From positions 70,804,001 to 70,868,000 of the forward strand of contig OZ024746.1 of NCBI GenBank assembly GCA_964016885.1: DNA of 64,000 nucleotides, read 5' to 3'. This document shows positions 1 through 10,895 of the stretch, in pieces (the stretch's first letter is position 1; every line of letters begins with the position of its first letter). The notes beneath the pieces were generated by a model that saw only the letters and a list, made by a program, of their open reading frames with translations, searched no databases and was not told the DNA's origin. The translations under genes were made by a program, and so were the position numbers. The stretch is from Eledone cirrhosa. Taxonomy: Eukaryota.

Positions 1-231
1 TATGTATATGTATATATGTATGTATGTATGTATATGTATATATGTATGTATATAATGTACATGTATGTATGTATGTATGTATATGTATGTATGTATATGT
101 ATGTATGTATATGTATGTATATGTATGTATATATATATGTATATATATATGTATATATATATGTATATATATATGTATATATATATGTATGTATATATAT
201 ATGTATATATATATGTATGTATATATATATG

Positions 232-315
<84 letters not shown>

Positions 316-1297
316 TATGTATGTATATATATATGTATGTATATATATATATATGTATGTACATATATATGTATATATATGTATGTATATATATATATGT
401 ATGTATATATATATATATGTATGTACATATATATGTATATATATATATGTATATATATATATGTATGAATATATATATGTATGAATATATATATGTATGA
501 ATATATATATGTATGAATATATATATGTATGAATATATATATGTATGAATATATATATGTATGAATATATATATGCATGTATATACATATGTATGTATAT
601 ATATATGTATGTATATACATATGTATGTATATATATATGTATGTATATACATATGTATGTATATATATATGTATGTATATACATATGTATGTATATATGT
701 ATGTATATATATATGTATGTATATACATATGTATGTATATTTATGTATGTATATACATATGTATGTATATTTATGTATGTATATATATATGTATGTATAT
801 ACATATGTATGTATATTTATGTATGTATATACATATGTATGTATATTTATGTATGTATATATATATATATGTATGTATATATATATGTATGTATATATAT
901 ATGTATGTATATGTGTATGTATATATATGTATGTGTATGTATATATATTTATGTATGTGTATGTATATATATTTATGTATGTGTATGTATATATATTTAT
1001 GTATGTGTATGTATATACATTTATGTATGTATGTGTATGTATATATATTTATGTATGTATGTGTATGTATATATATTTATGTATGTATATATATATATGT
1101 ATTTATGTAAGTATGTATATATATATGTATTTATGTATGTATATATATATATATGTATTTATGTAAGTATGTATATATGTATTTATGTATGTATATATAT
1201 GTATGTATGTATATAGATGTTTGTTTTTATATATATATATATGTATATAAGTATGTATATATGTATATAAGTATGTATATATATATGTATATATGTA

Positions 1298-1330
<33 letters not shown>

Positions 1331-1708
1331 GTAAGTACGTATGTATATATATATATATGTATATATGTGTGTGTGTATATATCTATATATGTATGTATAT
1401 ATATATGTATATATTTGTGTGTGTATATATGTATATATATATGTATATATGTGTGTGTATATATCTATATATGTATGTATATATATATGTATATATTTGT
1501 GTGTGTATATATGTATATATATGTATGTATATATATATATGTATATATGTGTGTGTATATATGTATGTATATATGTGTGTGTAAATATGTATGTATATAT
1601 GTGTGTGTATATATGTATATATATATATATATGTGTGTGTGTATATATGTATGTGTATATATGTGTGTGTATATATATATATATATGTGTGTGTATATAT
1701 ATATGTAT
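1..1708. repeat. Compound (TA)n/(TATG)n/(TG)n microsatellite
   Basis: Almost entirely TA, TATG and TG units; the overlapping M/Y/V/C/I ORFs are translation artefacts. Confidence 0.97.
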
Positions 1709-4700
1709 GAGGATGGGATGGGTGGTGTAGGTATCCTACTAACTGACAAGTGGGTAGAAAAGGTAATCTCAGAGAATAGGGTGAATGCAAGAATCATTAA
1801 ACTCAGACAATCCCTGAATAAAATAATTTCCACAATAATATCAGCTTACACACTCCAATCGAGGTTGCCAGAGGAACTTAAGGATAGGTTTTAATAGTCC
1901 CTAATGCACACTAGTGCTCTAACAAACGACAATGACTTCCTAATCATTGCAGGAGATTTTAAATGTAGGTAAACACCGTGACGGCTTCTATAGAGTTCAT
2001 GGAGGCCATGGGGTTGGCACAAGAAATGAAGAAGGATTCAGGCTTCTAGAATTCTGCGATGCCAATGACATGTCGATATGTAACACAAACTTCAAAAGAC
2101 CCGACAACCACCTGATCACCTATAGATCAGGGGACCATTCTAGTCAGATAGATTTTATCCTCATCAGAGGACGTGACAGATGGACGGTCATAAACACAAA
2201 AGCCTTCCCTAGTGAGGAATGTACCTCCCAACATAGCTTAGTTGTCAGCGACCTCATGGTCAGAACTAGACGAACCTGGAGAAGAAATATCTGGAAGCTG
2301 AAAGATCCCTCAGCCAGTAACAGATTTAAAGATATTTTACTCAATGCCTATGACAGTAAAGAAGAACAGATAGACATTCAATGTAGAAGAGCACTGGGTG
2401 TTCCTAAAAAATAACTTACTAAAGGCGACGGATGAGATCTGTGGCTGGAGTAAGACCACATGCAGGAGGAGAGTGACTTGTTGGTGGAACAATAAGGTAG
2501 ATGAGGCAGTTAAGGCCAAGAGACAGGCATGGAAAGAATGGAAGAACGGGGGAAGCAGGGTACATTACATAGAGACCAGGAGGGAAGCTAGGCGACAAGT
2601 ATACTTAGCTAGGAGAGAAGCAGAGGATGGAAAATTCAAGCATGTTTTGCAACGTAAGGACCAGAAACAGGAAGTGTTCAAGATTGCAAGGCAGTGTCAG
2701 AGAGAATTGTGATGTCATTGGATAGAAGTGTATCTGGAATGATAAAGGTGAGCTTGCCCTTACAAGTGCTGAGAAGAAAGATGCGTGGAAGAGCCATTAT
2801 GATAGATTACTAAATGAGGAGAATGCATGGGAAGAAGAGATCCTACCCCAAGTAGACCCTATAGAGGGGCCAGCAGTACAAGTCAGCAGCAGCGTAGTAA
2901 GTAAGGCAATCAAAGATATGAAGACAGGGAAGGCAACCGGTCCATCGGGTATAGCTGCCGAGATGCTGAAGACATCTGTGTCGGTAGGTCACACCATAAC
3001 CCCACGCATTGTTAACCAGGTAATACTAGGTGCCATACCAAAGGATTGGGGCAGTAGCATCATTGTCAACTTCTACAAAGGTAAAGGTGATGCACTAGAT
3101 GGAGGAAACTATAGAGGTATAAAGCTGATGGACCAGGTCATGAAAGTAACAGAAAGAGTTATAGCACAGTTGATTAGGGACCGGATGAAACTAGATGAGA
3201 TGCAATTTGGGTTTGTGCCAGGAAGAGGCACCACTGATACCCTCTTCCTTGTGAGGCAGTTACAGGAAAAGTACCTAGCTATAAGTAAGCCACTCTACCT
3301 GGTATTCGTCGATCTCGAGAAAGCCTTTGACAGAGTTCCCCGTGCTATAATCTGGTGGGCTCTTAGAAAACTAGGAGTAGATGAATGGCTTGTGAAAGCT
3401 GTACAAGCCATGTATAGGGGAGCAGTCAGCAAAGTTAGGATTAGCAATGAGTATAGCGAGAAATTTAGCTTACAGGTTGGTGTCCACCAGGGCTCTGTTC
3501 TTAGCCCTCTCCTATTCATCATAGTCCTGCAGGCAATAACGGATACCTGTGGGAACTCCTGTATGCTGATGACCTCGCACTTATAGCTGAATCTATGGTA
3601 GAACTAGAGAAGAAATTCCAAACTTGGAAGCAGAGACTAGAAAGAAACGGTCTCAAAGTCAACCTGACAAAGACTAAGGTCCTTGTAAGTAGACGAGAAA
3701 ACAGAACCCAGATCCCCTCAGGGAAATGGCCTTGCTCAGTATGTAGGAAAGGTGTAGGCAGGAACTCCATTCTCTGCCCCAAATGCAAACAATGGGTACA
3801 CAAGAGATGTAGCGGGATCTCAGGAAGCTTAACTTAGGCTTCACATGTAGCAGCTGTGCTGGGACAGCAAACAGCCACAGGAAACAAGTACCACCAAACT
3901 CTGGGAGGGCTCTGTAGAAACAGTAGACAGCTTCTGCTACCTAGGTGACCGAATTAGCAGCGGAGGTGGGTGTTCGGAAAGTACACTAGGGTAAGAATGG
4001 GATGGAAGAAGTTCAAGGAGCTACTGCCACTGCTGGCTGCAAAAGGCTTTTCCCTCAAAATGAAAGGCAGACTGTATGATGCGTGTATACGAACAACAAT
4101 GTTACATGGTAGTGAGACCTGAGCGCTGTCTGTGGAAGACTTGCGTAGATTAGAAAGAAACGAAGCCTGCATGCTCTGATGGATGTGTAATAGTAATATA
4201 CGCGAAGGGCAAAGCATAAAGGAATTGAGAGAGAGACTGAGCATAAGAGGAATCAAATGCTGTGTGCAGGAGAGGCGGTTGCGTTGGTATGGACATGTGA
4301 TGCGTATGAAGGATGACAGCTGCATAAAAAGGTGCAGAGCAGTGGAAGTCGATGGAAACCGCGGAGTGGGGAGACCCAAGAAGACCTGGGATGAGGTAAT
4401 AAAAGCCGACCTTACCCAATTACACCTCTCAAAGGCGATGACCCACAACCGTGACCTCTAGCGTCACACAGTAATACAGAAGACCCGACCCCCCACGGAT
4501 ACAAGCCGAAGCTGAAGCATATAGACAATATTCCCCCACACCCTCCCACTGCAAAGTGGTTGGGGAGGTGCCATGGCAAAAAAGCACCCAGCGCCCACAC
4601 TGTAAAGTGGACGTGTAGGCACCACGGAAAAAAAGCACCCAACACTCACTGTAAATGAGGTTGGTGTTAGGAAAAGCATCCAGCTGTAGAAATCAAGCCA

Positions 4701-4810
4701 GAATCAGTTCCCGTATAAGCAAGACAAGGTCTGCCGACCGGACACTGCCCACAACAGGACAACCCGTCTAACCCATGCTAGCGTGGAAGAACGGTGATGA
4801 TGCTGATGAT
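1709..4810 (+). mobile_element. RTE-clade LINE, subfamily A; 5'-truncated and decayed (APE endonuclease, RT, PHD-like finger, 3'UTR, (GAT)n tail)
   Basis: Frameshifted segments: GVGILL, SAY, GHGVGTRNEEG, SQIDFIL and QHSLVV (APE); KATGPSGI, NYRGIKL, QFGF, FVDLEKAFDRVPR, GVHQGSVLSPLLF and LYADD (RT); RLRWYGHVMR and GRPKKTW (RTE C-terminus). Ends CCATGCTAGCGTGGAAGAACGG followed by GAT-like repeats. Confidence 0.93.
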
Positions 4811-4868
4811 GTGTGTGTGTGTATACATGTATATATATATGTGTGTGTATATATGTATGTGTATATGT

Positions 4869-5440
4869 TATCTCTTTCTCTTAATTTTGAGTATTTTTTT
4901 TGACCGGCCACCTTCCTGGTAGCAAGGTTGTAAAAGAAAAGAAATTGTCATCCCTTGAATCGCAAGAATGTTATGCAAATTTTGAAGGTGCCAGCTATCG
5001 CAGCCATTTGTAGACTATGAATTAGGGAGCTGCGCTCTTTGTCCGCAAATCCACGTTCAGTCATACTTTGGTTGGTATATAACATCAAGGTTGGTATATA
5101 ACATCAATGGTCATATTGGTTGGTATATAACATCAAGGTTGGTATATAACATCAAGGTTGGTATATAACATACTTTGGTTGGTATATAACATCAAGGTTG
5201 GTATATAACATCAATGGTCTGTAGATGTCCTCCTTCTCCTGTATTTTTCTGACAACATTTACATCAAGTGGGCAGCTGATCTCCACAACAGAAAACGTTT
5301 TCAATGTGTGGTCCCAAACAACAATATCAGGCCGGTTGTGCTTTAATTTGGTGGCAGTTTTTATTTTCAGGTTCCACCAGTATTCCTTAGTGCCATCTGT
5401 CTCAATATATTCTTCCTTGTTTGTTGTTAATTTTGTTATA
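4869..5440 (-). mobile_element. 3' fragment of an R4/Dong-like non-LTR element (restriction-like endonuclease)
   Basis: Manual minus-strand translation of ~5421-5212: [59 protein letters not shown]. After a tandem repeat: LIHSLQMAAIAGTFKICITFLRFKG*. HNRPD..E..P...K and LQ.AA..GT.KI resemble R4-clade RLE C-termini. Confidence 0.8.
5070..5217. repeat. ~19-bp tandem repeat, 7 copies of the core GGTTGGTATATAACAT
   Basis: Core starts at ~5070, 5089, 5118, 5137, 5156, 5177 and 5196, inside the R4-like fragment. Confidence 0.9.
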
Positions 5441-5504
5441 TATGTATGTATATAAATGTGTGTATATATGTATGTATATAAATATGTGTGTGTGTATATA
5501 TGTT

Positions 5505-5542
<38 letters not shown>

Positions 5543-6045
5543 TGTATATATATATGTTTGTATATATATATATGTTTGTATATATATATGTTTGTATATA
5601 TATATATGTTTGTATATATATATGTTTGTATATATATATATGTTTGTATATATATATGTTTGTATATATATATGTTTGTATATATATATGTTTGTATATA
5701 TATATGTTTGTATATATATATGTTTGTATATATATATGTTTGTATATATATATATATGTTTGTATATATATATATGTTTGTATATATATATATATTTGTA
5801 TATATATATATATTTGTATATATATATATGTTTGTATATATATATATTTGTATATATATATATGTTTATATATATATATTTGTATATATATATATGTTTA
5901 TATATATATATTTGTATATATATATATGTTTATATATATATATATATGTATGTATATATTTAGATATATATTTAGATATATATGTATGTATATATTTAGA
6001 TATAGATGTATGTATATTTGTATGTATGCATGTATGTATGAATGA
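5441..6045. repeat. (TA)n microsatellite punctuated by TGTTTG
   Basis: Read directly from sequence. Confidence 0.95.
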
Positions 6046-6387
6046 ATCATCATCATCTTCATCATTTTACGTCCGCTTTTCCCTGCTTGCAAGGGTGGGA
6101 CGGGAACTGATACTGGCTTGATTTCTACAGCTGGATGCCCTTCCTAACACCAACCTCATTTACAGTGAGTGCTGGGTGCTTTTTTGCCGTGGCACCTCCA
6201 CGACCACTTTGCAGGTGAATGATAGGGACCTCGGTGCCTATCATCTCATTTCTACAGTTGAGTAAACTGGAACAATGTGAAATAAAGTCTCTTGCTCAAG
6301 GAAACAACACATCACCCGGTCCGAGAATAGAACTCACAACCTTTTGATTGCAAGGCCAATGCTCTAACCACTAAGCCATATGCCTCC
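6046..6387 (-). mobile_element. tRNA-derived SINE with RTE-type body and tail
   Basis: Minus strand: A-box-like TGGCTTAGTGG, decayed B box GAGTTCTATTC, central TGTTGTTTCCTTGAGCAAG, body matching the RTE-A 3'UTR, terminus CCCGTCCCACCCTTGCAAGCAGGGAAAAGCGGACGTAAAAT then (GAT)n. Second copy at 48257-48610. Confidence 0.85.
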
Positions 6388-6553
6388 ATGTATGTATATA
6401 TAGATATGTATGTATGTATATATAGATATGTATGTATGTATGTATATATATAGATATATAAGTATGTATATATATATATGTATGTATGTATATATATATG
6501 TATGTATATATGTATGTATGTATGTATATATATATGTATGTATGTATATATAT

Positions 6554-7165
6554 TGTGTCAGGTCACCAGTTGGTGCTACTGGTAACATGTATCCCAGTAC
6601 AACCTGTCTCATGGTTGGGTCGTTGGCGACTAAACTGGCAACCCCACCAAGGTTTCTTGGTGAGGAGGGTGGCTTTGGACATCCTGCAGGACTAAAAACA
6701 AAACCTGTCAAAGGGCGAAGGAGCTCTTAAGAGTCAATGGCCATCCAAAATCACCGGGAGAGATGACCCCTTAGCCTTTGTCAAAGCAGAATTCTAGGAG
6801 AAGGAAAACTCTGATATAACTCCTGCAACCCTGATGATATCCAATGATGTTGACTTGTTCTTCTTTTTGGTAAATATCATCTTGGTTAAGAGAGTGGGAC
6901 TGGCTTTGTGCAGTGCCTTTGCTCACTATAAAACCTTCATCGCACAGGCATTGCTTTATATCTGGAGATCTCTCTGCACCTGTCGTCACATGGTACCATG
7001 GGCCCAGCACTATGTGTCAATTATTGTCACAGGTGTAGTGTTTGTAGCAGAATTTTCAAGTCGCTGGCTCGACTAAAAAGTCACACCGTTCAGCGCATCG
7101 GTAGGGGTTCTCCTACATGGATATAAAGTAGTGGCCGTACTCGAAAACGAGTTGGCAGCCACCAT
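6554..7165 (+). mobile_element. Probable short non-autonomous RTE-like derivative (5'UTR-like part fused to a 3' end)
   Basis: CTAGGAGAAGGAAAACTCTGAT resembles RTE 5'UTR sequence (recalled, not searched). The 3' part encodes a C2H2-like remnant [17 protein letters not shown], then a short UTR and a microsatellite. Confidence 0.45.
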
Positions 7166-7169
7166 GTAT

Positions 7170-7205
<36 letters not shown>

Positions 7206-7214
7206 GTATGTATG

Positions 7215-7313
<99 letters not shown>

Positions 7314-7362
7314 GTATATATATGTATGTATATATATATATGTATATGTATATATATATATG

Positions 7363-7411
<49 letters not shown>

Positions 7412-7508
7412 ATGTATGTATGTATATGTATGTATGTATATGTATGTATATGTATGTATGTATATGTATGTATATGTATGTATGTATATGTATGTATATG
7501 TATGTATG

Positions 7509-7549
<41 letters not shown>

Positions 7550-7606
7550 GTATATGTATGTATGTATATATATGTATGTATATGTATGTATGTATATATA
7601 TGTATG

Positions 7607-7665
<59 letters not shown>

Positions 7666-7675
7666 GTATCAAATA

Positions 7676-7830
7676 TATGTGTCAATTATTGTCACAGGTG
7701 TAGTGTTTGTAGCAGAATTTTCAAGTCGCTGGCTCGACTAAAAAGTCACACCGTTCAGCGCATCGGTAGGGGTTCTCCTACATGGATATAAAGTAGTGGC
7801 CGTACTCGAAAACGAGTTGGCAGCCACCAT
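7676..7830 (+). repeat. Exact 155-bp duplicate of 7011-7165
   Basis: Identical on base-by-base reading; the copies are separated by ~510 bp of TA/TATG microsatellite. Confidence 0.92.
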
Positions 7831-7845
7831 ACATACATATATATA

Positions 7846-7968
7846 GATCAGTTCCTGTATGAGCAAGGCATGGTCAGCCGACCAGACACTGCCCACAACA
7901 GGACAACCCGTCTAACCCATGCTAGCGTGGAAGAACGGACGTAAAACGGTGATGATGATGATGATGAT
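7846..7968 (+). mobile_element. RTE-A 3'-terminal fragment
   Basis: Matches ~4703-4810 and 56228-56348; ends in (GAT)n. Confidence 0.85.
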
Positions 7969-8069
7969 GTATGTATATGTATGTATGTATATATATATGT
8001 ATGTATATATATATATGTATATATATATATGTATATATATGTATGTATATATATATATATGTATGTATG

Positions 8070-8099
<30 letters not shown>

Positions 8100-8100
<1 letters not shown>

Positions 8101-9267
8101 CATCATCATCTTCGTTTAACGTCCATTTTCCACGCTAGCATGGGTTAGACGGGAGTTGTCCCACTTGAGGCAAGGTTGGTCGGGTGACCATGTCTCGCTC
8201 ATATAGGACTATCTGGCAGGTTTTCTACGGCTGGATGCCCTTCCTAACACCAACCACATTTACAGTGTGGAACTGGGAACTTTTTACCGTGTTACCTACA
8301 CGGCCACATTACAGCGTGGACTGTGTGTTTTTTCTCATGACACCTACACGATCTCGATCTCATTGATTTGGACTGGATGTTGTGGGACCAACTTTACAGA
8401 GAGAGGGTGGTGTTGGTGGGAGTGGAAGGATAGGGTAGGTGTAGTGGATTGGGGTGTATATTTGGTTAAGAGGTACCTACTGACTGTAGGTTTCGCTTTG
8501 TACATAGGCAAGGCGGGTCTTCTGTATTACTGCGTAGCGCCAAAGATCTCAGTCCAGTGACATTGTCTTAGAGAGGTGCAAGTGTATAAGGTTGGAATTT
8601 ATCAGATCGTCCCAGGTTTTTCTGGGTCTACCTACTCCGTAACTACCATCAATTTTGATCGCCCTGCACTTTTTTTTATACAGCTGTCGTCTTTCATGCG
8701 CATCACGTGGCCATACCAACGTAGTCTTCTCTCGAGTAAACAGCATCTGATCCCTCTTATTCCTAATTTCTCAGTTAGTTCATTTATGCTTTGCCATTCA
8801 CGTATATTACTATTACACGGAGCATGCATGCTTCGTTCCTTTCCATGCTCACTGCCATGTAGCATTGTTGTTCGTATACAAGCATCATACAATTTGCCTT
8901 TCATTTTTAGAGGGAAACCTTTTGTGGCCAACAGCGGTATAAGCTCTTTGAACTTCCCGTTCTGACTCTGGCTACTGTACTTTCAGAACACCCTCCACCA
9001 CTGCTGATTTCGTCACCCAGGTAACGGAAAGTGTCTACTATTTCTATAGAACCATCTGGGCAATAGAAGGGGCTAGTATCCTGTGGACACTTGCTACCTA
9101 TTGCACCTGAGCATCGGCCACATATAAAGTCTACGTTCTTAGATAGTTTACTTGTGATCCCACTACATCTTTTATGTACCCATACTTTGCATTTGGGACA
9201 TAAAATTGAATTTCTGCCTTCTCCTTTCTTACACACTAAGCAAGGCCATTTCCCTGAGGGTACCTGT
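8100..9267 (-). mobile_element. RTE-clade LINE, subfamily B, 5'-truncated
   Basis: Minus-strand ORFs give CPKCKVWVHKRCSG, FRYLGD, RLRWYGHVMR and GRPRKTW; (CAT)n at 8100; closely similar to 33150-34551. Confidence 0.92.
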
Positions 9268-9526
9268 ATATATATGTATGTATATATGTGTATGTATATA
9301 TATGTATGTGTGTATATATATGTATGTATGTATATATATGTATATATATGTATGTCTGTATGTATATGTATGTGTATGTATGTATGTATGTATATATATG
9401 TATGTCTGTATATGTATGTATATGCATGTGTGTATATGTATGTATGTATATGTATGTGTGTATATATATGTATGTGTGTATATTTATATATGTATATGTG
9501 TGTATATTTATATATGTATGTATGTG

Positions 9527-9557
<31 letters not shown>

Positions 9558-9600
9558 GTGTATATATGTATATGTATGAATGTGTGTATCTATATATGTA
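9268..9600. repeat. TA/TG microsatellite
   Basis: Read directly from sequence. Confidence 0.95.
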
Positions 9601-9620
9601 TATAGTTTTAATATAGAAGA

Positions 9621-9664
9621 GCTTCTACAGGACTAGAATTGTTTCATTCGTGAGAAATCATCAG

Positions 9665-9667
<3 letters not shown>
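9621..9667 (-). ncRNA. Hammerhead ribozyme core motif (type I topology, stem I truncated)
   Basis: Minus strand reads TTC-CTGATGA-TTTC-TCAC-GAAT-GAAA-CAA-TTCTAGTC-CTG-TA-GAAGC: CUGAUGA and GAAA cores, stem II UUC/GAA, stem III ACA/UGU, GUA cleavage triplet, stem I UUC/GAA. Confidence 0.6.
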
Positions 9668-9716
<49 letters not shown>

Positions 9717-9936
9717 ATATGTATACAAATATATATATGTATGTATATGTAGATATGTATGTATATATATATGTGTGTATATGCAGATATGTATGTGTAT
9801 ATATGTAGATATGTATGTATGTATATATATATGTATATGTAGATATATATATATGTATGTATATATATGTAGGTATGTATATATATATATATATGTATAT
9901 ATATATGTATATGTATGTACAAATATGTATGTATGT

Positions 9937-10078
9937 CATCATCATCGTTTAACGTCCCTTATTCCAAGCTTGCATGGGTTTGGACGGGAGTTTTCCCACT
10001 TGAGGCAAGTGTGGTTGTCTTGCTCGCATAGGACTGTCTGGCGGGTTTTCTACGGCTGGATGCCCTTCCTAACACCAC
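9937..10078 (-). mobile_element. RTE-B 3'-terminal fragment
   Basis: (CAT)n plus GGCTGGATGCCCTTCCTAACACC motif. Related pieces at ~10226-10271, 32192-32343, 32697-32797, 36641-36885 and 59250-59530. Confidence 0.8.
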
Positions 10079-10270
10079 ATGTATGTATATGTATGTACAC
10101 ATATGTATGTATTTATGTATATATGTATGTATATAACTCTTTTTGCTTTTACTTTGTGTCTCTCTGCAAAGTAACAAGATGTGTTGCCACTGGGAGGCAC
10201 ACACACACACGCATATATACATTGCCTAACCCATGCTAGCGTGGAAGATAGACGTTAAACGATGATGATG

Positions 10271-10313
<43 letters not shown>

Positions 10314-10609
10314 AATTTATGTATATAGTATTTAGACCATTTACTGTATTTCCTATTTGGCAAAATCAGTAGGGCTGACAGATAAAATATTTTGCAGTGT
10401 TTAATTACATTCTGAGTTCAAATCCTTCTCAGGTCAACTTTATCTTTCACCTTTCTCTTCTTCCCCATAAATTGCTGGTCTTGTACTGAAATTAGAAACA
10501 ATAATGAAAAAATATAGTTCTTCTGCACCACAAGAAGCACTTCCTTGTTCCTCGGATTCATGCAGCATTGTGCTGGGGGAGATATAGACCTCTGTTAGTG
10601 TACTACAAG

Positions 10610-10895
10610 GTGGTGAATTGGCAGAGTTGTTAGAACATTGGAAAGAATGCTTTGTAGTATTTGTTTCAGCTCTTTACTCTCTGAGTTTAGATGCTGCCAA
10701 GGTCAATTTTGCCTTTAATCCATTTGAGGTTGATAAAAAAAGTTCCAATCAAGTACTGGAGTTGATTCTTCTTCTAGATCTTCTTCTCACTTCCATTCTT
10801 TTGCTCTCTATCTTTCTTTGGAAGAAATCTGCCATATTTAGATCTAGAGAGGAGATCGGCTCTGCCAGGTTTAAAATAATGCCCTGGTAATGCCA
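10610..10895 (+). mobile_element. tRNA-derived SINE, long-tail variant (decayed)
   Basis: TGGCAGAG head and TTTGCCTTT.ATCC...GAGGT.GATAAAA core, followed by a tail shared with 43353-43630 (GGAAGAAAT...GGCTCTGCCAGG.TTAAAAT). Confidence 0.7.
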
